Positions 36,509-46,060 of a stretch of DNA of 64,000 bases are shown here, piece by piece. Source of the DNA: a virus (lineage: Duplodnaviria > Caudoviricetes); IMG/VR virus record IMGVR_UViG_2870609773_000002, positions 1 through 64,000 of that record; one strand, given 5' to 3'. Numbering within the stretch: position 1 is the first letter of the stretch; the number at the start of each line of letters is the position of its first letter. The notes under the pieces are model-generated. The model saw only the letters and a list, made by a program, of their open reading frames with translations, searched no databases and had not been told where the DNA came from. A program made the translations under genes and the position numbers.

Positions 36509-37053
36509 TGCTCGAACACCTCAGCCCGAGCGAGCGGGCCGTCCTCCTCATCATGCTGAACCGCAGCCTCGACGACCACCGCGTACCGCCCGAAGCTGCT
36601 GACCACGTCCGGCAGCACTTCCGGGACCAGCTCGAAGCCTTCGTCAGCCCGCGCCCCGCCACCCTGGTCTACACCGGGTGGCGGGGCGCCGCCCGTCAAC
36701 GCGTCCGCGCCGACCTCGAGACCACGCTGGCGCGAGCCCGCGGCCGTCTCCACGTGATCGTCGGCTACAACCCCGACACCGACGAACCCTCGGGCGGGGA
36801 TCGGTGGACGTACGAATGGGCGATCCACACGCCGGGCGTGACCGTCGAGACGCACCCCGCGCCGTGGCACATCCCCGCCCTGTCGAGGTCAGCGGGGCCG
36901 TACCGGAACGGATTCATGCTCGGCGTCGCCGCCGGCCGCGGGGGCGCCTTCGAGGTCCTGGCCCACCTGCACCCGTCCAGCAGAGGCGCATCCGGTACCG
37001 CCGCGTACGCCGACCACCTTGGCCTACGCATCCGGAAGGAGCCCGCCTTATGA
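36508..37053 (+). CDS. SLOG-family (YspA/DUF2493-like) protein
   Basis: TGWRG, GGDRWTYEWA, HPAPW...SAGPYRNGFML. Confidence 0.65.
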   Translation: MLEHLSPSERAVLLIMLNRSLDDHRVPPEAADHVRQHFRDQLEAFVSPRPATLVYTGWRGAARQRVRADLETTLARARGRLHVIVGYNPDTDEPSGGDRWTYEWAIHTPGVTVETHPAPWHIPALSRSAGPYRNGFMLGVAAGRGGAFEVLAHLHPSSRGASGTAAYADHLGLRIRKEPAL

Positions 37054-38198
37054 CCAACAAGTCCGACGTCAAGAAGCTCGTCGAGACCGAGACGGAACGC
37101 CTCGGCTTCACGATGCAGCTTGCCAACGGCAAGTTCCTCATCACCAACCCGGAGAACGGCCGCACCGGCGAGATCCCGCTCCAGGCCATGGGCCGTGGCC
37201 TCGACAACTACAAGACCAAGATCCGATCCCTGCTGAACGACCACCCCACGAAACCCTCCCCCATGGTCGCCGCCACCGACCCCGCCCCCGAGAAAGCCGA
37301 CACCATGCCCCGTGACACCTGGTGGAGCGTTGACGAGCTCGTCGGCGCAGCCCTCGCGAACGGCATCAAGCCGTACGTGTCAGGAGGACTCCTCCACACC
37401 CCCGGCCCCGTCGAGTCCAAGTCGTACGCGGACATGCTGCACGCCCGCGAAACCGAGGTCATCGCCTACCTCACCAAGAACACCACCACCGCCACCACCG
37501 AAGGAGACACCGACGTGCCGAAGATCGGCGACACCGCGACCGTCGTCCGGAGCAAGCCCCGCGACATCTTCGCCGACGCCGAAGCGCTCTGGGGGCTGCT
37601 CCGCGACGCCGCCCGCGACCAGGGAGACAAGCCGCTGACCAACGGCAACGTCCCGGGCGTCCAGTGGGTCGGCGCCCTCGCCGACATCATCAAGGCCACC
37701 TGCCCCGACTGGGACTCCGAGCACGAGAAGGACGTCCGCCAGTACCTGAACCGGACCGAGCACACCCGCTGCCACCGGCCCCGCGCCAACCCGCCCGTCT
37801 GGTGGATCGCGCTGGAGTGGAACGACGGCGGACTCACCGTCACCAAGACCACCCCGAAGCCCGATCCCAGGACCGTCGCAGCCGCCGCCGCGAAGGCCTC
37901 GACGAAGAAGACACCCACACCCGTCCCGGCCTCGGCCGACACCGCGCCGCCGGCCACAGCAGGCCCTGCGCTCCGGGCGCTCCTCGGGTTCGAGCAGGCC
38001 ATTCAGCGGACCGAGGCCGAGCGGGACCAGGCCATCCGCGAACGCGACGACGCCCGCACCGCGCTGGAGGAGATGCGCGCCGACCGGGACAACCTCCTCG
38101 TCGAGCTGGACGAGATGAAGGCCGAACGCGACCAGGTGAAGACGGAGCTGGACGCCATCAACGCCGTGTTCGCCCGGTACAACGGAGGCACCGCGTGA
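37050..38198 (+). CDS. Multi-module hypothetical protein with C-terminal coiled coil
   Basis: GAAGGAG SD; heptad repeats at C-terminus. Confidence 0.7.
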   Translation: MTNKSDVKKLVETETERLGFTMQLANGKFLITNPENGRTGEIPLQAMGRGLDNYKTKIRSLLNDHPTKPSPMVAATDPAPEKADTMPRDTWWSVDELVGAALANGIKPYVSGGLLHTPGPVESKSYADMLHARETEVIAYLTKNTTTATTEGDTDVPKIGDTATVVRSKPRDIFADAEALWGLLRDAARDQGDKPLTNGNVPGVQWVGALADIIKATCPDWDSEHEKDVRQYLNRTEHTRCHRPRANPPVWWIALEWNDGGLTVTKTTPKPDPRTVAAAAAKASTKKTPTPVPASADTAPPATAGPALRALLGFEQAIQRTEAERDQAIRERDDARTALEEMRADRDNLLVELDEMKAERDQVKTELDAINAVFARYNGGTA

Positions 38199-38231
38199 TC
38201 GAACTGTCCGGATCGGACATGGGGGAGTGGC

Positions 38232-38765
38232 GTGTTCTCTCGCGCTGACGTGAAGCCGTGCAAGGGCAGCAAGGACAAGATGCCGTGCGGGCGGTTCGTC
38301 CGCTGGACTCGCACCGTGGCCGGCGTCCCCTACGCGGTTGACCTGGCCCCGCACGAGGACGGCAACACCGCCGTCTGGAGGGACGTCCACGGGATCCTCC
38401 GGTCCCGCCGCATCACCGAGGACCTGCCGCTCGTTCCGCCGGAGAAGCGGATGATGCCGCACGCTGCGACCTGTCCCGGCAAACCGCGGGTCCAGACCCC
38501 GCCACCGCCACCGCGGCCGCCACGCAGGCCCGCACCACCACCGGCCGGACGGCTGTACGACCTGCTCGGCGTCACCAGCACCGCGCATCCGGACGACATC
38601 AGGAAGGCGTACCGCAGGCTGGCCCGCCAGCTCCACCCCGACGTCAACCCCGACCCGAAGGTGGCGGCGCGATTCCAGGAGATCGGGGAGGCATACCACG
38701 TCCTGTCCGATCCCGGCCGGCGGCGGACGTACGACCTGACGGGTCGGCCACCACGAGCCGGATGA
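38232..38765 (+). CDS. J-domain (DnaJ) protein with N-terminal Cys/His domain and Pro linker
   Basis: LYDLLGV...[18 protein letters not shown]...[19 protein letters not shown]. Confidence 0.88.
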   Translation: MFSRADVKPCKGSKDKMPCGRFVRWTRTVAGVPYAVDLAPHEDGNTAVWRDVHGILRSRRITEDLPLVPPEKRMMPHAATCPGKPRVQTPPPPPRPPRRPAPPPAGRLYDLLGVTSTAHPDDIRKAYRRLARQLHPDVNPDPKVAARFQEIGEAYHVLSDPGRRRTYDLTGRPPRAG

Positions 38766-38767
38766 AC

Positions 38768-38788
38768 GCTAATAGCGGTACCGCTATC
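38768..38788 (+). promoter_or_regulatory. Motif A copy 7 (GCTAATAGCGGTACCGCTATC)
   Basis: Contains perfect 16-bp palindrome ATAGCGGTACCGCTAT; upstream of initiator gene. Confidence 0.85.
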
Positions 38789-38811
38789 GTTGCGGGACGC
38801 CTCTTCCCTCG

Positions 38812-39849
38812 GTGGCTCCCTTGGAATACCAGCACGTAAGGGGCCTGATGGGTTACAAGTTGGCCGACGAGGTGGCGATCAACGCGCCTAAGAGCACGCC
38901 TCCGAGGGACCTGCTCGCGTTGATCGCCATCGCTCGCAGGATCAACGACGCGACTCGCACCGGCTGGCTGACCCGCGAGGAGATCGCGCACTGGGCGAGG
39001 ATCGACGTGCGGTCGGTGAAGGCGATGCGGGAGCGGCTGGTCGAGGCTGGGCTGCTCGTCGTGCTCGAATCGGGGGGCGGCCGCCGGAAGGCGACCGTGT
39101 TCTACATCCCTCCGATGCCTGGGTATCTGCCCGGGGAGCCGCCGCGTCCGCTCGACCTGGAGCTCGAAGCGGGCCCCTCGGACTTCCCCGTTTCGGGGCC
39201 GGACGGGTCCACGGGGGACCGGAAAGGGGGAAGTCCAGACTTCCCCGTTTCTCCTGTGGATGACGCTGTGGACGACCGGGAGACCGGTGGAAAAGGGGGA
39301 AGTCCAGGCTTCCCCGTTTCCGCGACCGAAAGGGGGAAGTCTGGACCGCAAAAGGGGAAGTTTGGGGCGAAAAAGGGGAAGTTTGGGGCGAAAAAGGGGA
39401 AGTCTGGACTTCCCCCCAATCCTCTCTCCACTCCTCAACTTCAATCCTCTTCTTCTCCGTACGGGGTCGAGGAGGAACCAAGCGCCCAAGCCGCCGACCA
39501 CCACCCGGAAGACGAAGACAAGATCAGCAAGGAGGAGAAGAACACCCCGGCGGCCAGCCGCGCCGCCCGGGTCATCACCAAGCGCATCGGAGTGCCGCTC
39601 GACGAAGCCGAGCGCATCGCCCAGACCATCGCCCACGAAAACCGCGTCCGCCGAGCCCTGCACGTGTACGTCGCGGGTATCCCCGCAGCGGACCTGCGCA
39701 CCTGGCGCGAGACCGCCCGCAACCACGAAGCCCGCGAACAGGCCAAGGCCACACGGACCAACCGCCCCGCCGGCCGGTGCGACCTGCACTGGCAGCCCAT
39801 CCCCTGCATCGGGTGCGCGGCCGACGCCAAGGCTATGCCCGACGCGTGA
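38812..39849 (+). CDS. Phage replication initiator (N-terminal wHTH, internal repeats)
   Basis: TREEIAHWARIDVRSVKAMRERLVEAGLL; lambda-O-like internal DNA repeats. Confidence 0.7.
   Translation: MAPLEYQHVRGLMGYKLADEVAINAPKSTPPRDLLALIAIARRINDATRTGWLTREEIAHWARIDVRSVKAMRERLVEAGLLVVLESGGGRRKATVFYIPPMPGYLPGEPPRPLDLELEAGPSDFPVSGPDGSTGDRKGGSPDFPVSPVDDAVDDRETGGKGGSPGFPVSATERGKSGPQKGKFGAKKGKFGAKKGKSGLPPNPLSTPQLQSSSSPYGVEEEPSAQAADHHPEDEDKISKEEKNTPAASRAARVITKRIGVPLDEAERIAQTIAHENRVRRALHVYVAGIPAADLRTWRETARNHEAREQAKATRTNRPAGRCDLHWQPIPCIGCAADAKAMPDA
39180..39415. repeat. Iteron-like repeats (probable origin)
   Basis: Four 21-nt units NAAAxGGGGAAGTyTGG.. at 39328-39411; palindromes GGGGAAGTC-N2-GACTTCCCC near 39227 and 39396. 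Confidence 0.8.
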
Positions 39850-40418
39850 CCCGCAGGTTGGCGGATAGAGCGACACCCCGCAAGCCTGCTACCAGCGCAA
39901 ACGCGGAACGCGCCCGCAAGGCGGACCGCCGGAATCACGCGAAAACAGGCCAAAGAGCGGCCGAACCGGGCCGGAAACCCATCAGAACGAGGCTGGGCCA
40001 CCTCCTCGTCGCTGATGGGTTTTCGCATGCCCGGAGACGCTTCATGACGCATCTGACGCACCATGAGAGACGCGACGCACCCCGCAGAACGCTCTGAGAT
40101 GGATGCAGGGGGACGAACACCGGTCCTCCGGCATAGAGGAGTACCCCCGGGACAGAGAAGCGCTCTGCGTCGATCTGGGAGCGTTCAATCAAGATCAAGA
40201 GTTGGAAATTCGAGCCGGGGCTGGATGGCGCGTCGGCGGTCGGCGGTTCGGGTGATTCGGTGCCAACGTAGACGATCAGCCTCACTGACTATCTATCGAA
40301 CGCGCGTTCGATTTGCCTTCAGGCCGGCCCGTTTTGTGACCTAACCGTTATAAATCCGCCGGAAAACCGTTACAAAAATTGGGCCCCCAAAGATCCTTAC
40401 TGGTCTACCGTTTGTCAT

Positions 40419-41324
40419 GTGCAGATACGAACAAGCGAACGGCTCGCGTGGCTCACCGCAGTTGCGGCGCTCGCGTTCCTAGTAGCCAACACGCAGGCAG
40501 GAGGGGATGTGACCACGGCAACGCTGGTAGCGGACGAACCAACCGCGACCGTCACTGTCAGCGGTCCCCCCGGCCCGCCCGGACCCCAGGGCCCCCAGGG
40601 CGACCCCGGACCGATGGGCCCCCAGGGACCGCAAGGCGAACCCGGCGCGTCCGGCCCGCCCGGACCGCAGGGCAACGCCGGACCGATGGGAACCCCCGGA
40701 CCTTCCGGCCCGCCCGGTCCCCAGGGCGACCCCGGACCTACGGCAACCGTCACCGCCGTACCGGTCCCCGGGCCCAAGGGCGACAAGGGCGACAAGGGCG
40801 ACGCCGGACCCCAGGGCGAGCAAGGGCCCGCCGGACCGTCCGGCCCTCCGGGACCATCCGGCCCACCCGGACCCCAGGGCGACCAGGGCGACACCGGCCC
40901 CAAGGGCGACCCCGGACCGACCGGACCGCAGGGCGACCCCGGACCCACCGGAAGCGCCGGGCCATCCGGCCCGCCCGGCACCGGCGACCCCGGACCGACT
41001 GGAGCCGCAGGGCCCGCCGGACGGGACGGCACCGCAGGGAGCCCCGGACCGTCCGGCAAGCCCCGATCGCCCGGACCCAAGGGCGACCAGGGCGACCCCG
41101 GAACGGCGGACACGCCGGAACCCGGCGAGATCGACGCGGCGAACACGGCCAACGGCGACCCCGTGACCGTGTGGGCCGCGTGGCTTGCCGCCCTGCTGGC
41201 AGTCGGAGCCGCCACGCTCGGACTGCTGATCAGGCGGCGACGCCGCAACCGCAGACCGGCCAGCGAAACCGCTGGTCAACCTGCTAACAGCGGTACCGCT
41301 ATCGACGACACACAGCAGCTCTAA
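40419..41324 (+). CDS. Collagen-like surface protein
   Basis: Signal-like N-terminus, 20 consecutive G-X-Y triplets, linker, second longer interrupted G-X-Y tract, C-terminal TM + RRRRR. Confidence 0.85.
   Translation: MQIRTSERLAWLTAVAALAFLVANTQAGGDVTTATLVADEPTATVTVSGPPGPPGPQGPQGDPGPMGPQGPQGEPGASGPPGPQGNAGPMGTPGPSGPPGPQGDPGPTATVTAVPVPGPKGDKGDKGDAGPQGEQGPAGPSGPPGPSGPPGPQGDQGDTGPKGDPGPTGPQGDPGPTGSAGPSGPPGTGDPGPTGAAGPAGRDGTAGSPGPSGKPRSPGPKGDQGDPGTADTPEPGEIDAANTANGDPVTVWAAWLAALLAVGAATLGLLIRRRRRNRRPASETAGQPANSGTAIDDTQQL
41283..41303 (+). promoter_or_regulatory. Motif A copy 8 (GCTAACAGCGGTACCGCTATC)
   Basis: Inside 3' end of collagen gene, upstream of 41383 gene. Confidence 0.8.
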
Positions 41325-41331
41325 CCAACCC

Positions 41332-41356
41332 GCCCGCCCGGACCGTCCGGGCGGGC
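41332..41356 (+). terminator. Hairpin after collagen gene
   Basis: GCCCGCCCGGAC-C-GTCCGGGCGGGC. Confidence 0.55.
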
Positions 41357-41382
41357 ACCCAACACCACGAAAGGCACGACCC

Positions 41383-42021
41383 ATGCAGATCACCATCAAC
41401 CCCGCCGAGATCTTCGACGCCATCGAGCGCGTCACCGTCGCCCACAAGGCCACGTTCTCCCGTCAGGGCATCTCCCGCCCGACCGGCAACGTCGTGATCG
41501 GTCTGGCCGCTTCCGGCCGCCTTGACGAGCTGGCGAACGCCGACTCTGAGGGCAGCGTCGCAGACCGCATCATCACCGGCGACGAGCTGAAGGACCTGCC
41601 CGCCGAGTACATCGCCACTCTCGGCACCGGCAAGAACGCGCCCAAGTTCACGACGTACGCCCTGATCGGCATGCGCGTCGCCGCACAGCTCGGGTTCGGA
41701 CAGGCGACCCTCGCGGAGCTGGGCAAGGTGCCCGGCACCAGCGCCACCAAGGTGCAGAACTTCCTTGCTGAGCTTCCCGAGATGGCCGAGTACCGCAAGG
41801 AGATCGAGGCCCGTAAGAAGGCCGCCGCGAAGGTCGCCGCCGACACGGCCGCCGTCCGCCTCGTGTGGAAGTTCGCCGAGAAGTTCAAGGCCCCGCACAG
41901 CGAAGAGACGTACGCGGAGGTCATGGAGGAGCGCGGCATGTCGTTCGACCGCGTGCAGGAGATCATCCGGCTTCTGACCGCTGAGGCCGACGTCAAGGCC
42001 GCCGAGAAGGCCGACGCCTAA
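41383..42021 (+). CDS. Hypothetical protein
   Basis: GAAAGG SD. Confidence 0.75.
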   Translation: MQITINPAEIFDAIERVTVAHKATFSRQGISRPTGNVVIGLAASGRLDELANADSEGSVADRIITGDELKDLPAEYIATLGTGKNAPKFTTYALIGMRVAAQLGFGQATLAELGKVPGTSATKVQNFLAELPEMAEYRKEIEARKKAAAKVAADTAAVRLVWKFAEKFKAPHSEETYAEVMEERGMSFDRVQEIIRLLTAEADVKAAEKADA

Positions 42022-42029
42022 CCCCCACC

Positions 42030-42062
42030 GGGCGCGCCCGTGTCGCCACCACGGGCGCGCCC
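42030..42062 (+). terminator. Hairpin
   Basis: GGGCGCGCCCGTG-7 nt-CACGGGCGCGCCC. Confidence 0.6.
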
Positions 42063-42111
42063 GCCCCACCCCTCACTCACCAACGCCACAACGCCGCAGG
42101 AGGCCCCCAAC

Positions 42112-42798
42112 ATGATCCGCCGTGAGCAGGTAGAAGTGACCCGAGAGCACGCGCTGAACGCGCACCGGTCCGTCAGGGACCACATGAGCCGATGCCGCCC
42201 ATGCACCAAGGAGCCCATCCCGTGCGAGCTGGGCAGCATGTTGCAGCGTGGCGCGGGCAAGATCTCCCGCGAGGCAGCCGACGCCCTAGCCGCCTACCTC
42301 CCGCCCGGCACCGAGGTCACCTACCAGGGCGACCGGCCCGAGTATCGGGGTAGGACGTTCGTTGTCGTGGGGCTTGCCCCGCGAACCCCGTGGATCGGCT
42401 ACGTCCTCCGTGGGAGCGGCATTCGCCCGTTCTTCGCGACGCTGCCGAACGTCCAACCGAGCAGCCGCGAGGCTCAGCAGCGGAACCGGCTCGAAGCCGT
42501 CAAGCGCACGGTGGCCGTGTGCTGCGCCGTGCTGGCTCAGCACATGGTGTATCTCGACGTGAAGACGGAGCGGAGCGACACCGGCGTTATCTGTGTGACC
42601 TGGAGTAGCGCGGAGTTCGTAGGCGCGGAGAACCGCGCGACGAGCGAGAGCGGCAAGCAGTCCGGGCAGTACATCGCCGGAGCGCTCTACCTGTTGCAGG
42701 CGCTACGCGCGCACACGCAGCGCCGTTCGTGGGATGACGTGGCGCGCGTCGCCCACAACGCCCAGAAGCTAGCCGACCATGCGGGCGTTCGCGTGTAG
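42112..42798 (+). CDS. Hypothetical protein (H/C Zn motif)
   Basis: CAGGAGG SD. Confidence 0.7.
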   Translation: MIRREQVEVTREHALNAHRSVRDHMSRCRPCTKEPIPCELGSMLQRGAGKISREAADALAAYLPPGTEVTYQGDRPEYRGRTFVVVGLAPRTPWIGYVLRGSGIRPFFATLPNVQPSSREAQQRNRLEAVKRTVAVCCAVLAQHMVYLDVKTERSDTGVICVTWSSAEFVGAENRATSESGKQSGQYIAGALYLLQALRAHTQRRSWDDVARVAHNAQKLADHAGVRV

Positions 42799-42965
42799 CG
42801 CGACGCGCGACCAGCGCCGGACCGCATCGCGCGGTTCGGCGCTTCCGCATGCCCCCCGAGGGTACCCCGTTCGGGGCCGGCCAGGGCTGCATTCGGCTTG
42901 GTACCTGCGAAAAGATTTTGATCTTGTAGCCTTGTGGGCGTTTCGTCTCGGGGTCAGGGGGTGCC

Positions 42966-43718
42966 GTGTCTGGTCTTGCTTCTGGGGTGTCGGTGGTGTC
43001 GGGCGCGTGTGTGGGTCCGTGTAATGGCAGGTCGCGGCGGGCGTGGGCTGCTTTCGAGGCGGCTCGTGACGTGCATGCGGATCTGGTGGATGAGTGGGTG
43101 CGGGCGGGGGAGGTGGGGGAGCCGCCTGTGGAGCCGGAGGTTCCGGAGGTTCGGTGGCGTCCGGGGGAGCCGCTGGTGTGCGGTCGGTGTACGGCGTCGG
43201 TGCGGGCGGCGCTGTTGGAGGTGGATGGGTTTGCTGCGCAGCTCGCGAGGGAGGCTGATGGGTTCCGGCCGCCGTCGAAGTGGTCGAGGGTGTCGGGGTC
43301 GCGGCCGAAGCCTGCGGTGTCGCCGGTGGGGGAGCTGCTGGAGAAGCTGACGGGCGGTCTGCTCGACTTCGAGGGGCGGGCGCGGGTGTGGCTGGGCGCG
43401 GGGGCGCGTCTGGGTGGTGTCCGGTCGGCGGTTGCTCGGTCGCGGGCGGTGGGCTGGCTGACGGAGTCGGGCCGGCTGGAGAGCGTCCTGGTGCGTGAGG
43501 AGCTGGTGGGCCTCGTGGACTTCGCTCTGTCGTGGCGGCTGGTGTTGGAGCGGCTGGTCGGGGATGAGCCGCCTGCGTGGTCGCCGGCGCGGTGCCGGTG
43601 TGGTGAGCGGTCGTTCCGCTGGGACGTGAAGGCGGGCTTCTACGTGTGCGCCGCGTGTGGGACGCACGTTTCTGAGGGGGAGGCGTCGGCGCGGGTGGAG
43701 GAGGAGGCCGCACGCTGA
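42966..43718 (+). CDS. Hypothetical phage protein with Zn-ribbon ends (start uncertain)
   Basis: CGRC; CRCG...CAACG. Confidence 0.6.
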   Translation: MSGLASGVSVVSGACVGPCNGRSRRAWAAFEAARDVHADLVDEWVRAGEVGEPPVEPEVPEVRWRPGEPLVCGRCTASVRAALLEVDGFAAQLAREADGFRPPSKWSRVSGSRPKPAVSPVGELLEKLTGGLLDFEGRARVWLGAGARLGGVRSAVARSRAVGWLTESGRLESVLVREELVGLVDFALSWRLVLERLVGDEPPAWSPARCRCGERSFRWDVKAGFYVCAACGTHVSEGEASARVEEEAAR

Positions 43719-43742
43719 GGCCAATGTAGAGCTGGGCGAGCG

Positions 43743-44492
43743 TTACGTACAGGGCGTGATCCCACGTCGAGCCACCTTGAGGGGAAGTGAATGGATGGTG
43801 AAGGCGACGTCGTCAGGCCATGTGTCTAACCCGATCCAGTCATCGAAGACGGGTATGGGCTCAGGTGGTGATGTCCGCGTGGGTCTCGTCCACGTCTGTC
43901 CCTCCGTCCATATGACGGATGCATTGGCGATGGTCAATTCTTGACTGCCGCCAGTGTCGTCCAGCTTGCTCGCCGATTCCTGGAGCACGATTTGGCCTTC
44001 GCTGCACGGTTCGACGATGACTTCCCAGAGCTCAGTCGGCAGCTTGGTGGGGCGATGCAGGACGTATACGTATGCCCGCCGAGAGTTGGCGTTGCGCACG
44101 TTCCAGGACCAGGCGTCAGGGACGGTTCCGTAGGCCTCGTCGGCGATATGGATACGGCTAGGAAACGCGATCTTGGCGATGGCGTCCGCTTCGGCCTTGG
44201 CCTGTGCTTCCCTTTTCTTGTCCTCTGCCCGCTGGGCGAGAGCGTCCGCACGCTGTTGCTGGCCGAGTTCGAGAGCGTTCAAAGAGATGATGAGCGCGGG
44301 AACGGACATGAGGCCAGCGACAACGCTGGTGAGGGCGGCCCACCATTGGACGGACCAGCGGACATCGCGGAGTCTCCGGCGCTGGCGCGGCTTGAGCCGT
44401 TGGCGTTCGGCGATCACTCTTGTGGTGCGAGCTGAGGAACGCGATGCGAGACCGCGATCTATGGACGGTCGGGGGCGTCGGCGTGCGCTCAC
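43743..44492 (-). CDS. Membrane-anchored hypothetical protein (moron-like)
   Basis: TM WWAALTSVVAGLMSVPALIISL; opposite strand; atypical codons. Confidence 0.55.
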   Translation of the reverse strand: MSARRRPRPSIDRGLASRSSARTTRVIAERQRLKPRQRRRLRDVRWSVQWWAALTSVVAGLMSVPALIISLNALELGQQQRADALAQRAEDKKREAQAKAEADAIAKIAFPSRIHIADEAYGTVPDAWSWNVRNANSRRAYVYVLHRPTKLPTELWEVIVEPCSEGQIVLQESASKLDDTGGSQELTIANASVIWTEGQTWTRPTRTSPPEPIPVFDDWIGLDTWPDDVAFTIHSLPLKVARRGITPCT

Positions 44493-44569
44493 GACTGAAT
44501 ATCGTGCGCGGGCGAAGCGACGTTAGGCTGCGCGGTTTCGCGGCGGACACGAGCGGAGGAGGCGGATCG

Positions 44570-44929
44570 TTGATTGCGGTGCCGCTGTTGGCTTGCGCCT
44601 GGCGGGGTGGGTGTGTAACACTTCCGGGCGACGGAGAGACTTGTGCCCTCGGACCGATCATGGTTCGAGGGCTTTCCGCTGTTCGGGGGGTGTTGGTGTT
44701 CCCTGCGACGGCGAAGACTGCTGCTGTCCGGCTGGGCCGGGAGGCGGTGACGATCCGGCAGTGGGCGCGCCGGTATGGCGTGCGTGTGCTGGGGCGAGCC
44801 AGCCGCGAGGTCGTGTACGACTTCGCTGATCTGGCGACGATCGAGGGCTGTATCTGGCGGGGCGACGACGTGCCTGATTCGCCGGAGGGCCGGGATGCGT
44901 TGCGGGCTCGGCTGGCGGCGGCTGCGTAG
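44570..44929 (+). CDS. HTH-containing hypothetical protein
   Basis: GGAGGAGG SD + TTG; AAVRLGREAVTIRQWARRYG. Confidence 0.55.
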   Translation: MIAVPLLACAWRGGCVTLPGDGETCALGPIMVRGLSAVRGVLVFPATAKTAAVRLGREAVTIRQWARRYGVRVLGRASREVVYDFADLATIEGCIWRGDDVPDSPEGRDALRARLAAAA

Positions 44930-44954
44930 GAGCAATCAGACAGGGGTGGCTGTG

Positions 44955-45182
44955 ATGGTTCGGAAGTATCAGCGGGTGGCGGGCGCGGAGCGCGAGGCGC
45001 TGAAGGCGGAGCTGAAGCGCCGGTACATGGACGGGGAGTCGATCCGGCGGCTGTCGATCTCGACGGGCCGCTCGTACGGGTTCGTTCACCGGCTGCTGGA
45101 GGAGGCGGGGGCGCCGCTGCGGCCGCGGGGCGGCAACCAGCGGCCGGCTCCTGTGGTTGTAGACGGGCGACCATCTAGCTGA
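44955..45182 (+). CDS. Small HTH transcriptional regulator
   Basis: YMDGESIRRLSISTGRSYGFVHRLLEEAG..LRPRGG, a common actinobacterial HTH. Confidence 0.8.
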   Translation: MVRKYQRVAGAEREALKAELKRRYMDGESIRRLSISTGRSYGFVHRLLEEAGAPLRPRGGNQRPAPVVVDGRPSS

Positions 45183-45615
45183 TGCTGTTCACCCAGATGC
45201 CGATTGGGATCGAAAGGATTGCGGATACAAGAACGCCCGCGAGGAAGTAGGCGAGTTGCTGTCGCCGCTCGGCGCGGATGGTGGCCTTCGTTTCGTGGGT
45301 GAGGATGCTGCGGATCTTCTCGGCCTGTTCCTCGTTCACGGCCAGCAACTCTTGCTGTCGTTTCGCCTCTTCGATCAGTGCTGTGCGGGTTGCCTGCTGG
45401 GCTTCAAGATCTTTCTGCAACTCCTGCAGCAGCATGCCCGCCTCCGAGAAGGCAGCGTTGACTAGTTCGATACGGCGCTGGAGCCGTTTCCCGGGATCTT
45501 CCTCAGCCTCCCTGATGCGTCTACGTCTCAGGAGGCTCACCAGTTCGTTCGCCGCCACGCCGATCAACGAACTGCCCAAGACTACGAAGAGGCTTCCCAG
45601 AAGATCCATGTGCAT
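45175..45615 (-). CDS. TM-coiled coil-TM hypothetical protein (moron-like)
   Basis: Hydrophobic N- and C-termini around a heptad region. Confidence 0.65.
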   Translation of the reverse strand: MHMDLLGSLFVVLGSSLIGVAANELVSLLRRRRIREAEEDPGKRLQRRIELVNAAFSEAGMLLQELQKDLEAQQATRTALIEEAKRQQELLAVNEEQAEKIRSILTHETKATIRAERRQQLAYFLAGVLVSAILSIPIGIWVNSIS

Positions 45616-45705
45616 ATTCGATCGTGTCGGCTCTGTGCGTGTATCGGAAGTGCCCCAATCGAAACCCTGGGCCGCCCATGATCAGAGCAATCAAGATCGA
45701 TAGAA

Positions 45706-45733
45706 GAGGAACATAATTCAGGTTATGTTCCTC
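45706..45733. other. dif-like tyrosine recombinase core site
   Basis: GAGGAACATAA-TTCAGG-TTATGTTCCTC: perfect 11-bp arms, 6-bp spacer. Confidence 0.7.
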
Positions 45734-45784
45734 TCTCCGGTGTTACGCTCGAAGTGATCACCCCTTCCACGAAAGAAGATCATC

Positions 45785-45988
45785 ATGAGCGTGCGAAAGT
45801 TCCCGCTGACTCTGCGCGTCGCCGTGACCGGAGCAACACCGGATGAGATCAGAGAAGCGGCCGTGGCGCAGGCCCTCGCGTTCTTCGGGTCGAGCACCGA
45901 GCTGGACGTCATCAGCGCCGAAGCCGAGCCGGAGGGGGAGCATCACAGCCGCTACCGCGCGGTCGTCGTGTTCCGGAAAGTCGCCTGA
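45785..45988 (+). CDS. Small hypothetical protein
   Basis: Clean 67-aa ORF upstream of recombinase. Confidence 0.6.
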   Translation: MSVRKFPLTLRVAVTGATPDEIREAAVAQALAFFGSSTELDVISAEAEPEGEHHSRYRAVVVFRKVA

Positions 45989-46060
45989 TGCGCCGCGCCA
46001 GCGATAAGGCCGGGGATGCCGTCGCCGGCTTCCCGCTGCCGTTCGGCGCAGGGGACGATC

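Noticed and set aside
39328-39411. 21-nt repeats as a CRISPR array
   Set aside because: Head-to-tail with no spacers, inside a CDS, no cas genes; read as iterons.
40415-41453. Long - strand ORFs, including a GP-rich one, over the collagen gene
   Set aside because: Antisense shadows of GC-rich G-X-Y repeats; only the + frame has a signal peptide and anchor.
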